From NCBI RefSeq assembly GCF_009914755.1, contig NC_060925.1: a stretch of DNA of 64,000 nucleotides. One strand, given 5' to 3'. The notes under the pieces are model-generated. The model was not told where the DNA came from. It saw nothing but the letters and a program-made list of their open reading frames with translations, and did not search any database. Below are positions 12,740 to 35,149 of this stretch, piece by piece. The translations under genes and the position numbers were made by a program. The DNA comes from the human T2T-CHM13v2.0 reference genome, Homo sapiens. The first letter of the stretch is position 1; the number at the start of each line of letters is the position of its first letter.

Positions 12740-15500
12740 TGCATTAACAATTCCATAGAAATAACTTTGGTTTTGTTACTTTTCTCTATTGATCTTGTGT
12801 TTTCTATTTCACTGATTTCTTTTTAATTTCCATTTTTCCACTTACATTGATTTAATTTGCTCTTCTTCTTGCCTCTAAAAATGGATTTTAAATTTACAGT
12901 TTAAACCTATGGTTTAAATTCCTTCGTCTTTTCTAATATAAGCATTTAGAGCTATAAATTTCCCTCCAACTGCAATCTATAAATTTTGATATGTGCTATT
13001 AAGTTCAAAATATTCTCTAATTACCTTTTAATTTTTTCTTTGATCTATTTGTTGTTTAGAAGTGTGTTGCTTAATTTCCAAATACTTGGGGATTTTTCTG
13101 GAGTTCTTTTTGTTACTGATTTCTTATTTAATTTTTTGATTGAGGAAGATTAATTTCAATCTTTTTAGGCATGGTCAGACTTATTTTATGGCTCAGCATA
13201 TGGTCAATCTTCATGTATGTTTCACATACGCTTGGAAAGACTGTTTTCTACAGTTGCTGGATGCAGTGTTTCTTAATGTCAGTTACATAAGGGTGGTTGT
13301 TCAGGAACATTCTGGATGGTGGTGAAAGTTCTGGCTTCCCATATGGCCTCTTCTAACATTACTCCAGGCAAGGATGGTGAGGGGGCACTTCGTTACTGCA
13401 GACTGAGGGTTCAGAATCCCTATAATATTCCCCAGTGATAGCAGGTATGGGGGTGTTTGATTACTGCTGATAGAAATGAAATTACTGGCTCCTCACTCAG
13501 TCCATTCTGAGAGCACTCCAGCAGGGGTAGGAGGCTGCGGTAGTGCACTTTTTGTCTAAAGGTTTTCTGTTTTCCTATGTTCCCCCTTTCTTGGTCCTTT
13601 GGCTAGACACAGCAGATTTTTCTTGAGGCTCCTTTTTGTCTTTTCTAGTTTTATGTTTTCACATTACCTACTTCTTCAGCACCTGATATAGGATATATAA
13701 GTGGGGGAGGAAACCAAGGACTCACTACCATGTCATTATTTAGGGTCTGAGATCTCATGCTGGTCTGTTTTCTTCTCTCCACCTTTCAAAGTCTTCTCAG
13801 ATTTGTTTTATATGTGATATTCAGAGTTTTTGTTATTAGTGGTGGTGGGTTTTTTGCTTGGTTTGGGTTCTACAAGAACTTGGTGGGAAGAGTAGGAAGA
13901 AGTGCATTTACTACATCTTGGTCTGGTGACCTTCATTTTTGAAGGATGTTTTTGCTGGATTTCTAGATTGAAAGTTTTTTTCCTTACAGCAATTTAAATA
14001 TCATTGCATCATCTTTTGACTTGCCCTGTTTCTGATAAGTTAGCAACCATTCTTATTGTGTCTCAAGTGAGTTTAATGCATCTTTTTTCTTCTAGTTGCT
14101 TTTAATATTTAATTTTCGTGATTGGTTTTTAGCAGTTTGAGTATGATGTGCTTTGGTGTGGTTTTCAATGTTTATCTTGCTTGAGTTTTGTTGATATTCT
14201 TGAATCTTTCATCTAAATTAGGAAATATTTGATCATAACATCTTCAAATATTTTTCTCTCCCATGTCTATTTCTTCTTTTAGTACTCCAATTGCATATAT
14301 TTTAATCTTATTACTATTTTCCTACAGTTTAATTAGTCCCTCTTCATTGTTTAACCAGCATTTAAAAAAATAAATGCTTTAGTTTTGCTTTAGTTTGGAT
14401 AGTTTTCCTAACCCTGAGTTCAAATTCACTGTTCCTTCCTTCTGCTGTGTTTAATCTGCCATTAAGCCCATGAAATAAATTTTTATTTTAAATGTTGTAT
14501 TATTCAGTTCTAAAATTTCTATTTTTATGGGTCTCATTTCTCTCCTGAGTCCTATTTATTCTCTTATTATTTTTACATTTTCATTTAAATCCTTTATTGT
14601 ATTTGTAATAATCCTTTATCATAATTATAATATTATCTATTAATTTAAACACTTCTGTCATTTCAGGATAATTTTTTATTAACACATGTTTTTCTTCTTA
14701 TTTTTCACCTTTAATTGTTTCTGTACATATCTGACAGTGTTTTTGTAATATGCTGGGCATTATAAATGCTCTGTTGTTTGGTGTCTAGATTTTTTTTGTT
14801 ATCCTTAATAAGTGTCAACTTTCGTTCTGGCAGACTGTTAATTTACTCTTGGAGATAAATTTTATCCTATTAAGGAGTGCTTTTAAAACTTTGTTAGGGT
14901 GGGTCTAAAACAACTTTTTCCCTAGAGCTAGATTAATTTACTCCTATGATATGATTTTGCTGGAGTCTCTATTGAATGCTCACGGCATTCAAGGAGGTAT
15001 CTACACTCTGGCTGGAGGTCTTGCATGTCTCCCTGCTTGTGCAAAATCTAGCAGATGTTCATTTCACAGCTTCCAAGTAGATATTCTCTCTTTAGTGGTT
15101 CGATCTCAAAAGGTTGTTACTTGCTAGAACTAGTAGTTTCTTGCTCTGTACATGAATACTTAGTAGTTAACCAAAGCTTTAGGAATATTCCTGTACAGTT
15201 TTCTAGAGTTCAGTCTTCCCACAGCTCTCTTCTCTCTTTTACCCTCCTCTGCAAATTCTAGATGCTTCAGTACTCCAGATTCCAATACCTGTCTTCTCAG
15301 TTCAGTGAAATCACTATGCTCTGTTCAAGCTTTGTTTCCTATTCACTACCATCCAGAAAGTGAGATTGGAGTGATTGTGAGGCTCACCTCAATTGGCCCC
15401 TTCTATTAGGAATCACAGACCTATGCTGCCTGTTGTCTAAGGTCTAAAAATGGCATTTCATATTTTTTCAGTTGTAAATTTATAAATGACGGGGGGATAA
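12740..15500 (-). mobile_element. Fragmented ancient L1M (ORF2, ORF1 and 5' region remnants)
   Basis: T-rich degenerate L1 antisense motifs (GCTATAAATTTCCCTC, TTTAGAAGTGTGTTGCTTAATTTCCAAATA, TTGAAGGATGTTTTTGCTGGA). Confidence 0.7.
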
Positions 15501-15580
15501 ACTCATATTAGTTACTCATGGCTTACAGTACAATCATTTTAGAAAAGTTTTGTAAGGTCTATCAAAAGCTACAAAAATAA

Positions 15581-15925
<345 letters not shown>

Positions 15926-16231
15926 AAAAAAATATTATTTCTAAGAATGCATCTTACTCAAATTATCTAATGTAGAAAAAATATGCATGTACCAAGTTAT
16001 TATAGTAGCAAATGAAAGTTAGGAGTCACCCAAATAATTGAAATATAGGCGTAGTTATGTAAATTACAGTTAACTCACTTAATGAAATAATACATTGGTC
16101 ATTACGTGTTATATTTCACAAACTTTGATACAACATGAGAAATGTTCATATAGTATTAAATAAAAAGAGACATATTAAATTATTTGTACACTCTGATTAT
16201 AGTTATAAAAAATCTACATAGGAAAAATATC

Positions 16232-16677
<446 letters not shown>

Positions 16678-16704
16678 CTAAAGTAACTTTGTTAAGGTTG
16701 GTAG

Positions 16705-17014
<310 letters not shown>

Positions 17015-17814
17015 TATCTTATTAGATGAACACTTTTTTTTTTCCTATAAATTTTAAGTTACAGAAGATGAGATGGAGTTTAGTGAGCATCTGGTTCAAC
17101 ACTGAAAAGAATGTTGAACAGCCAGGGCTCTGAATTTTCAGAAACATTGCCAGGTAAGTAAACAGAAAGGAAGAATTTTAAAATTTCATTAATAAGGACA
17201 AATCATGTGGAGTTTTGAGGATGGCTTATTAAGGCTTAGGAGCCTTTGAGAATGATAATTGCTGGATGGAGTTCAGGTGTACTGTTGAATGTGAGCTCAT
17301 CAGGGACCAGTCAAACTTATCTACAGAGCTATTTTGTAGTCGTTGTGTTTATTTATTTGTTTTCTTCTTACTCAGGATTTGAAATGGGAGGATAGGGCAA
17401 AGGGAAGCATATCAAAAGAAAGTTCTAAAGGCTTAACCAATAGGTTTAGAGAAGAGTTAAAACCAGCCAGAGACTAAGAGAAAAATGGGGTGTGGAAGCC
17501 TCAATGTAAGGTGGTGCTGGAGGGAATCCATTTGTGGGATCACGTGATCACTGAAGTGTTAGCAAGTTAGTAACACAGAAGTGTTAGCAATTCAGTAACA
17601 CCTGATTTAAACAAGAACATTCATCTCCCCATACTCACATACTGCTGTGTGATTTACTTTCCATGTAAATACACATGGTTCTGCACTACCAGTTGCTCTG
17701 GATTTTTAGTATAATTTTGGAATTATTTACTCATTTCATACTATTGTTTCTAATAATGGCTCAGGAGAATATTGCTTATTAACAAAGTGTGTATGATGAT
17801 GGGTAATATTACAA

Positions 17815-17919
17815 AGCTCCAGGAAGAAAAGTGGCTCTAGAGAAAGAAGGCTGAACAATCAATGAAGCAGATGAACATTAATACACCAAATCAAATTTTC
17901 TCTAGCATAAGTTAAACAG
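17815..17919 (+). repeat. 105 bp direct repeat, likely donor of 16236-16340
   Basis: AGCTCCAGGAAGAAAAGTGG...GCATAAGTTAAACAG, embedded in unique sequence. Confidence 0.97.
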
Positions 17920-18086
17920 CTTTGCCATTTAGAGAGCAATGCAGACTGTGGAGGAAAGTTTGTAAGTTGGTATTAGTTGTCGATCTAAGTAAATTTTGCC
18001 AAAATGCAGGAACCCACTGTAACTCTGATGAGGTGGCTCATTGCCTAACTATTAAGATTAGCTCAACTCAGAATTATGGCCAAGAT

Positions 18087-22398
<4,312 letters not shown>

Positions 22399-22600
22399 TG
22401 TAAAAAGTCAATGGTTTAAGAAAAATAAAGCCCATGATGTTTAGACCATTCAATAAACCAGTTTTAAAAAATAAGAATCATGGCCAAGATTTTTCTGCAG
22501 ATGTGCTGGGAGAATGGGGTGCCTTTAATCCACTGCTGGCCCTGTTATACTCCTCTCCGCTGTCTTTATTCCCCATTTTTGTAGGTTTAAAAAATATTTA

Positions 22601-22937
<337 letters not shown>

Positions 22938-23436
22938 TTACAATTTTAACCATATTTAAGTGTACAAGTCAGAAATGTCAAGTACATTCATGTTGTTGTA
23001 CAGTGAATATTGTAAAGTTCTTTCATCTTGGAAAGCTGAAACTCTATGCCAATTAAACAAGAACTCAATAGGATAATTTGTTTATTAATTAATGCCTACT
23101 AAGTAACTCGTAAGTAAGTAACTTGTAAGTAAGATGGCTTGCATTTAAAATATTTTAAAGCACAGAATAAATCTTTGTTCTTAATATAAAAATTGGAAGA
23201 TACAGATAAGCAAAAAGAAAAAATCTATAATTCAATAGTAAATTGAATTACATCTCATGTACATCTGTGTATTTGAAGACTTTTCCTAAGCAAAAGTGGA
23301 ATCTTGCTTCCATACCTTTTTTTAAACAATATATCCTGAACATCTTTCCATGTCAACAGAGATCTCCATCATCACTATCTTTAAGGCATGTGCCATGGGA
23401 GGGATGTGTCATACTTTATATAAGCAACATCACTAA

Positions 23437-23779
<343 letters not shown>

Positions 23780-25480
23780 AGTTTGATGCTTTTTAACAAA
23801 TCTTCATAAGTAACAATAAAACCTTACCTGTAAAAACAAAGCTGTAATGCTGAGATTTCAGATACAATGCAAGTGGGGAGAGATAAAGATTTGGGTGAGA
23901 GGTTTCTCAGTGACTTCAACCCCTCTTGCACACTGTGTCTTTGAAAACCGGGTCTCCCACAGGTCTGGCTCTCTTTAGTAGGTCATTCTCAGAGCCTCAG
24001 GGACTGCCCACAAAGCAGGAACTCACCTGCTAGCAGGTTTGTTCACACTTACATTGCCCTTGGTCATTCTCTCTTCTTACACACTGCCTCCACTCTCACT
24101 GCCATACTTATTCTTCTACACTAAAAAAAATTGCTTTCTCTCAAATGTTACCACACAGGTTTAAAGATGGGGAGCCTCACACTGTCTGCAGAGGTTCTGG
24201 TTAGAAGGAGTGTCTTAAGAAATGCACAAAAAGGCCAGTCTCTTGCCTTCTTTGTCCCTAATCTCCCATAGAGAGGGAGTAACATAAACATCTCCTGATG
24301 CACTGAAAAGCTTTGTGCTGACTCATGAGATGTGAAGTACAAAGTAATGAAGGAACAAAAAGGCACAATCTACATATTACCAGTTTTTAAGAAACTAGGT
24401 TCTAGGCCTTCAGGGAGAGAGAAGAGAGAGAGGAGTGGAGAGGTGGGGAGAGGACATTCTCAGAAGCAAGGAAGTCTCTTTTGGAAGTGCAATTCTTTCT
24501 CGGGAGCTATCTACCCTGGAAGGGACGGACCAGCCCGCTGTCACTCCCAAGCTGGCCCAATGTGTTGTGAGCACAGGTTAAACTTCATAGCGACCTGTGA
24601 TCTGTCCATGGTGCTACTGAGGAGAGCCTGAAATCAAGATGCTCTGATTATAGCCCTTGTCCGGCACCCTCACCTATAAAATGGGTATCTCAACACCTCC
24701 ACTTGCAGAGCTGTTAAACGGATACAACCATGATAACAATGAATGTTAACTGAGAGTCACAGTGTGCCTGTGTACATACATACCCGGCTATGTATTTCCC
24801 TTATATGACCTCATTAGAACTCACTGCAGCCCTATGTGCAGTATTCAAGGCCTTAAACAAAAGAGAAAACCAAGCCGAGAGAGGCTCTCTGACTTACTTC
24901 AAGTCACACAGTAGGTAAGAGAGGCAACTGGGATTTTGTCCCAGGCTGCTTGACTCCCAAGTCCTTGTGCCTGACCATCTCACTCCATGACATAAGGCAC
25001 CTCCTGCCAGGCCATGCTCACAAGAGTTGACCAACAGACTTAGCTCTCCTTTCTCTTCTAGTGAGTTCACTGTTCAACTCCAGGCCCCAGCCTCTGACAT
25101 CAAGCTCTGGATTGTCTGCTGACTAAAGTGCTAGAAGACAAAGAAACTGAATAGAAGGAAGGCTCGTGGGACCCCTGCATTCTGCTTGCTTATTCTTAGA
25201 GGCCACCCCTCCACAGAAGACTTCTTAGGTTGGTTTTGAAGGGGTAGTTTTCTCATTATTTAAAAACACAGACTCCCCTATGCCTGAATTTCCCATAGAT
25301 TAGAGCCCTTTTCCTGCTTAGGAACTTCCAACAGCCGTCTCCTGGCATTTCTTTGCTTGCATTTGGAAATTCTCTCCACTTAGACTCCACTGAAATGATC
25401 CAAACTCATCTTCTTTTATGCCAGAGAACACACTCTCCTCTGGTGGTCCTTGTGTCACGCAATCTCATTCCATCTCTGGC

Positions 25481-25805
25481 CAGCACTGTCTGATAGAAAC
25501 AGGCGGCAAGCTGTGAATGTAATTTTAAATTTTCTAATAGTCACACTTAAAAAGTAAAAAAAAGAAAATGATAAAATTAATTATAATAATCTGTTTTATA
25601 TAACCCAGCATATCCAATAGATTACCTTTTCAAGATGATGTAATCACATAAAATTACAAATGAGATATTATACAATCTTTTTTTCATATTAAGTCCTTGA
25701 CATTTGGTGTGTATTTTGCGCTGAGGGTGCATCTCCATTTGAATTAGGCATACATCTAGAACCCGGTGTTACGTATGGCTTGTGCCTACTATGCTGGAAT
25801 TGTAG
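25481..25805 (+). mobile_element. MER33-like hAT-Charlie non-autonomous DNA transposon
   Basis: CAGCACTGTCTGATAGAAA..TGTAATTTTAAATTTTCTAATAGTCACACTTAAAAAGTAAAA..GGTGTGTATTTT; length ~325 bp. Confidence 0.8.
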
Positions 25806-26099
25806 GTCCAGTCTTTTGTTCACGTTCATTCCCCATGTGTAAAATCTCTCTTCTCCCCCTCAGCTAAGTGAAATCCTAAACATCACTCAAGGCTCAGCTC
25901 CAGCTGTGCTTCTGAAAGGAATCTCCTCGAACTCAGTCAACACGTGTTCGTCTCCCCTTGACTGTGTCCAGGCCTGCAGTTACGCTTTTAAACATTTCCC
26001 TCCAGATAGCATCATCTCTGCCCCTTCACGCTAACACTGTCCTAACTCCACTGAAGCCCAGGGCACTCCTCACTGCACTTCTTTGCAGCAGTTCTCACT

Positions 26100-27400
26100 G
26101 GGTTCCTTATTACTTCTCTGGACTCTCCCAGTACCCTCATTCCTGATCACCTCTCCTTCTCAACACTCTCTTACCTTCACCTGCAAGCCCACATTCTCCT
26201 GACTTTCTTTCTCCCACTCTGACCACTTCTTAATATCATATGGGGTCTTCTATTCTGCTTCCATCGCTCATATATTTTCTTTTAGATCTGACCCAGCTCG
26301 CTACTCCTTTTCTTCTCTCTCCTTAGTCTCCGCTTGGACAATGTCATCAATACCTTAGATTTCAGGTATTATAGATAAGCAGAGTCTATTCCTATCTTCA
26401 CCTGCAGCCTAAATTTCTTCCTTTATATTCAGGTCATAAAATACAATTGCATATGTAGGGGAGAAAAAGTGTATCTTTTCCTCACCCAATATGAGAGTAA
26501 TGGCTGAGACCCCTATAACAGAAGACAGGTTAAAAAGAGAAGAGCATATAAATTTATTTTATTAGTTTTATGTGGCAAGAGTACCCTCAGAAATGAAGAA
26601 CCAAAGGAATGGGAAGATCCATGTATTTTTATGGACAGTGGTGCAGAAGTATGACTGGAGAAAAAAAAGTATGATCTAAAGGGGGAAACTTAGGAAGGCC
26701 TATTTGTTCAGTTTCTTCCTGGGGTTCCTGCGTGACATTCCTTTCCTCTGGGGATAGAACAGGATACCTGACACATGAGGGTATTCAGAGGAAAGGAGGA
26801 GATCAGAGTCACCTTCCTAGGTTTGATGGTCTGCTTTAGGGAAGAAGGGGTAAGGAGAATGTTAGTTCCTATGTGTCCCACTTCAAGGGAGAAAGGAGTG
26901 AGAGAAGATCAGAGGGACTTCCAGCTTCTGCTGTTTTCTCAATTTCCAAGGCACCACATTTTGGGGTGGCATTTCCCACACCCCATCACATACTTGACAT
27001 GTCATTAGATTTGTCAATCTAACCCCAACACACATACATGTTTGCACACACACTCACAGCACACCTATTTCTCCATTTGTCTCTGGTACACACATCCACA
27101 CTGTTACCTAATCCAGAATCCTAGAGCCATGCTTGATTCCTTCTTCTCCCTCACTTCCCATATCCCATGTCCAATATCCAATCCACCAGCAGTTCAGGAA
27201 TGCTCTAACTTCAAAAACTATCTCAAATGCGCCTCTTCTCTTCATCTTCTGGCAGGAACCTTAGTCCAAGCCAAAATATTTCCCACCTGGACTTTTATTT
27301 TTGGACTGCTTTCCTTGCTTCAAGTTCAAAGTCCCTTCCATAGTCCTCATAATCTAGCCCCAAGCCCGTCTCCAACCTCATCTTCTACCTTTCTTCTCTT
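26100..27400 (+). mobile_element. L2 fragments, interrupted by an LTR
   Basis: Pyrimidine-rich L2 motifs (CACATTCTCCTGACTTTC, CCAGAATCCTAGAGCCATGCTTGATTCCTTCTTCTCCCTCAC, TAGTCCAAGCC). Confidence 0.6.
26454..26988 (-). mobile_element. ERV1-class solo LTR (MER31/MER67-like)
   Basis: TG...CA termini, 535 bp, 4 bp TSD CATA (26450-26453 and 26989-26992); antisense poly-A signal TTTATT. Confidence 0.7.
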
Positions 27401-27497
27401 TCAAAACACACCAAGCCTGCAGATCTTCTGTTATTAAAAGGTACAGTTTGTTGTAGTACAATTCACAGCACATGAGAATCCTCTTAATTTCATTGTG

Positions 27498-27802
27498 TTT
27501 TTGAGGCTTGGTCTCACTCTGTCACCCAGGCTGTAGTACAGTGGCTTGACCATGGCTCACTGCAGCCTCAACCTCCTGGGCTCAAGCAATCTCCTGGCAC
27601 AGCCTCCCAAGTAGCTGGGTCTACAGGCACATGCCACCACACCCAGCTGATTTTTTTATTTCTTTATTTTTGTAGAGTTAGGTGTTTCCCTGTTTTGCCC
27701 AAGCTGGTGCAGCAAAAACATTTAAACTCCTGGGCTCAAGCAACCCTCCCAATATGGCCTCCAAAGGGCTGGGATTACAGGTGTGAGCCACTGCACCTGG
27801 CC
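27498..27802 (-). mobile_element. AluJ
   Basis: GCAGCCTCAACCTCCTGGGCTCAAGCAATC. Confidence 0.9.
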
Positions 27803-28426
27803 TAGTCTTAATTTCAAGACAGTGGGAATTCATTACTTCCTAGACAAATCAAAGTGCTTAGTCCTCAGACTTGGCAACAGAGCCCTGGGCAGCCTCAGAT
27901 TTGTTTTTATGTACTCCTGGGTAAGTCATTGAGGGTAGAAATAAAATGGTAGAAGAGACCTTAACAGCATTTCCCATATTTGGGGCTGGATTATAATTCA
28001 TGCTATTCCCCAGAAAAAAAAAATGGTCTTTTTTCCCAAAATCTCTAGAGAAGGGTACACCACAGCCACTTTTAATGTTTGTTGACCTTTTCAGCGAGGA
28101 GGTTCTAATTCCAAACTCAAGTCCCTTCAGCTCTGGTTCAGCCTCAGCAGGTGCCAAGGTGTGAGCAAAAACATTTAAGAGACACAGCGGGTACTACTTC
28201 AGGCAACCCCCAACAAAATGGTGAATGGTGTGAAAGTTAGAGGAGAGGACTTTAAGGGACGCTTCAGGTTTGAGGTGTGTCTGAGAGAGGGACAAGAGTA
28301 GTAGTGAAGAGGACAGGGTTTGTAAGGCAGAAAATATATTTTTATTCTTTTCTTTGAAGTGTGAGACTTGCAGATTCACATGGATACAATTGTAGACTTA
28401 CTCTAAATACGTTTAGAAAAAATATA

Positions 28427-28727
28427 TATATATATATTGCAAGACAGTCTCATTCTGTTGCCCAGGCTGGAGTGCAGTGGCACTCCATAGCTCATTGCAG
28501 CCTAGAACTCCTGGGCTCAAGTGATCCTCCCGCCTCAGCCTCCCAAGTAGCTGCAGTAATACAAGTGCATACCACCATGCCCAGTTAATTTTTTTAAATA
28601 TATTTTTGTACAGACAGGGTCTCACTTGTATACTGCCCAGGCTAGTCCTGAACTCCTGGTATCAAGTGATCCTCTCGCCTCAACCTCCCAAGTGTGGGGG
28701 TTACAGGTGTGAGCTACTACACCCAGC
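28427..28727 (-). mobile_element. AluJ with (TA)n-converted tail
   Basis: Antisense dimer preceded by ATATATATATATAT. Confidence 0.9.
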
Positions 28728-28737
28728 CCAAGGACTG

Positions 28738-29356
<619 letters not shown>

Positions 29357-29436
29357 CCAAGAACTGTTTTAAGAGGAAGCATAAGAATTAACTATGAGGC
29401 TTCATGGTAAAGATTTGATTCATGAGAAGATCCAGA

Positions 29437-29742
<306 letters not shown>

Positions 29743-31749
29743 TCAAATAAGGTACAGCGTCCTGTTCCATTTTCCCTACCCAACCCCAAATCTGTGTCAG
29801 GAAGTACCAGAGATTGAATCCTTAAAGGGTGGGTACTCATATTTTATATCCATAAACCAACACCCCGTTTCCCCCCACATTACCTCCCCAGCGAGATAAG
29901 TAGCAGGAAACTTCCCCATTTGGTTAACTGAGTTTCCCTTTTGCTATCCGCAAAGCCGGGCCCATTCTTCCTAGGGGTGATGGAGTATGATTATAAATTT
30001 CCATTAATCAACAAAGTCAGTTGGAGTTTTATATTCCCCCTCTTCAGGGTAGAAGCTTCATGCTGAAGACGGAATTTAAAAGACCATTTTGATGTCTTAT
30101 TGCTTCCACTATTTTTCAAAAATAACAATTGCCCAGAACGTACCAGCTTCCAGCTGTTATCTTTCAGTCTGGTTCACAGGCGATGCTGCATTAAAAATTC
30201 AAGTTCGGTAAAGATGCCTTCACGGCATTGTCTCATTTCTGTATTTTAACAATGATAAAATATGAAATTTGAGCTGGAAGCAATATTACGATTTTGATAT
30301 CAGCGACTCTGCACATGTGGTTTTACCTCCCACGTTCCTCCTTCCCCTCCAGAGGAAGTTTTCTTAAAGATTTTTCAGCAGGCAGATTTATTATGCGTCA
30401 TGATTTGGGGATTATCTGTTGGACAGTTTTGCTATTTTTTTCTGATACCAGAAACTAAAAAGAGCAGATCATTTGGCTTTCAGGGACATATACTACATTG
30501 TAATCACTTCCACACTGTGAATACAATCTGCAGTAACACAAATGTAATTCCTGTCACTAATTGAAAGACTCCCTTTTCATGGAGCTTATGTAGAAATATC
30601 AGATTGTTCTGAATGTCTTTTGAGGCTATTTTTCACCAGATGCTTTTTTGGTTGTGAGAGGATTAGTGGGATTCTCTAGTCCAATAAACTGTTATCTCCA
30701 AAGAATATTTCTGATGGGGCATCGCAATGACATGCAGTCATGTTTTAATTTTAATACAGACGGCAGAATCTGAAAAGTACATTCTGGCACATGGAGACAG
30801 ATGTTTCTCCCTTCAAACATTGCCAGAAACAATTTGACCCCTTTATAATCATGTTTCAATTACCTGCTTTTTTCTTTCTCTCTCTTTCCCTTCACTCTCC
30901 CTTCATCTTTTTCTCCATTCTTTTATTTTATTCTGTTCCTCCCTCAGATTCTCTCTTTCCTGCCAACTTTTCATTTCATGCTGTTTTACAGTTCGCTTCA
31001 TATTTTCCATTTTTCCTTTAAAAAAATCTTCTGTCAAAGGCTTAGACTGCCAATAAGAACCTAGCATTCCTTGATCATATAGAAAGTAGGATATGAAATA
31101 ATAGACTAGCGCTACACTGTAATAATCATCTTCATTTCTCTTGTAGGACATTGCCTTGCTGTGGTTCTGCACCAGTTGCTATGTCTGGATATGAAATAAT
31201 TCTAGCGAGATCCTCGTTAAAATGCTAAGCAAAAGCAAAGCTTTATGAAGCACATAATATTCATACAAGTTTAAGAAAAATATCCATCCATTTGGAGAAC
31301 AAATGTTTTTGAAACTCTATGCAAACTCTTAATTACGATACATTTTTACTTTTCATTATAGTAGGTTCTTAGAGGACTTTTACTTCATAGCATTTTATAC
31401 CTGAGTTATTGTTATTATTGAAAGAAAATTGAAATAAATTTCACAATCCTTTGCCATATATCATTTTAACTATTTAACACTGTTTCTCCCTGAAGACATT
31501 ACACGTTTTTGGATTGTTACTATGTTAGGTTGCTTCCTGGCCAGCCCCTCTCTCAAAGTCATGAACGGTGAGATCTTGATCCAGAGAAATCAAATCTTTA
31601 AAGGTAAACTCAATAAAATAATGTCACTTTGTTCAAAGAAAAAGCAGATGAAATATCTTAATGAGAGTTATCAACTAAGCAAATATTTATTGAGAATCTA
31701 CGCGGTTCTTTTGAGGCCCATGTCTTTGTAGTGTTCTGTCATAGTAAGA

Positions 31750-32260
31750 GGTCCAGCTACTCTGAAGCTGCCATGCTGTGATGTCCAGGCCACGTGGAGA
31801 GGCCGTGTGAACCTGCTCCAGCCAATAGCTGAGGTCCCACGCAACAGCTTGCATCAACTGCCAGACAGGAGTAGAAGACTCCTCCAGAGAACTTCAGCCT
31901 CCAGCCATTGATTCATTCATAGCCTTCAAGCCCTTCCCAGCTGAGGCACAAGACATTGTGGAGTGCAGTGCAGTAGCTGAATTCCTGACCCACAGAAACT
32001 ACGGGCATAATAAAGGGATTGCTGTATGCCACTAGGTTTTGGGGTGGCTTGTTATATGGCAACAGTAACTGGGACTGATTTTGGTACCAGGACTGGGGTG
32101 CTACCATGGCCAAAAAAAAGCTAAAACATTGTAGCATTGGCTTTGGGACCAGGCAGCCTTGAGGAGACTGTCAATGAAGGATTAAAGGATCCTGAAAAGA
32201 ATTTTAGTGAAAGGTGGAGGGGCATCAATGGTAATATTGGCAGAAGTCTCAAGGGCCTTG
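31750..32260 (+). mobile_element. MLT1 (MLT1H-like) LTR 3' part plus start of the MaLR internal region
   Basis: GAATTCCTGACCCACAGAAACT..AATAAA..GCCACTAGGTTTTGGGGTGGCTTGTTAT..GTAACTGGGAC, then GATTTTGGTACCAGG (internal start). Confidence 0.75.
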
Positions 32261-32361
32261 AACATGCCCCTGTCTTTCTTCCCAGAGGTAACTGACTTTG
32301 CTACTTGCATTTCCACACAGCTTTTATACTATTATTACATATAAGTATCAAAAATAATTTA

Positions 32362-34140
<1,779 letters not shown>

Positions 34141-35149
34141 GGCAGGAATTTTGTCTTGTTCAGTATTTAACCTCTCATGCCTACTAACACTACTGGTGCA
34201 TAATAGCTACTCAACAAAGTCTGGTTGCATAAATAATTTTTTAAAAAACATGAAAACCTATATTTTCATGGCTGGCAATGGGAAAAAAATGTCCTTACAG
34301 GGATACAGAGTGATAGTATGCTGCTAATTTCTAGCCTAAATGCACTCTCCTCTTCTGACCTCTAACTCTTTCAGGATCAGGGAGGCCTCAGGGAGGGCAG
34401 TGGACCTTCTCTAACATTGATCCCAAATAGTTGAACCTAGGGGAGAGAGAGAAAGCTGCCTTTCACTCTAGCACTGTCAGGCATGAAATACATACTACTC
34501 TTAATTCCCTGCAGTATAGTTACAAAGAGATTTTTAAAACTTGACCATGTGCCTGTGTAAGGAAATTGCAGTATAATAAGTGACTTGCAATAACAGCCTC
34601 CTTCTCTCCATCCTCCTGGAGTCTTCTTGTGACAGAGACTTTATCTTGGAACCTTGGTATGGCTTTCTGCATGGCAGTTGCTTTCTGAAATTGTTTGCAC
34701 GATTTTACGTGCACACCTCGGCATTTCCATTGTCAACATTCTATGCCACAGGATGCTAAAAAGGACCTTTTCCTACTCTTCATGATTTGCTGAAGACCAT
34801 GTGATATTTAGACCTTATCTTTCTTAGACAGTTTGTCATCATTGTTTTCCTCAGTTTTTGATGCCATTTTGATTCCGTCCAACATCTTTTAGCAAATGTC
34901 AGTTGGATTCTCATTTCTCTGTAAGTATAGAACTATTTTTTTCCTCCCTTTTTCTCTTTCTCAAGGCTTTTATGATCATATCTTTATCCCTTGTGTCCTG
35001 GGATGTCATATGATGTTTCTAGACGTGGGGATTTTTCATTTATATGACTTTCCGTTGAGAGATTTGTGTCTTTCATGAGTTTAGGGGTTTTTCTTATGTC
35101 ATTTTCTTGATAAAGTATTTGTTTTCTTGGCAATCTCTTCCTGGGACTT

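Noticed and set aside
17554-17602. 25 bp imperfect tandem duplication GAAGTGTTAGCAA..AGTAACAC
   Set aside because: Ordinary slippage duplication.
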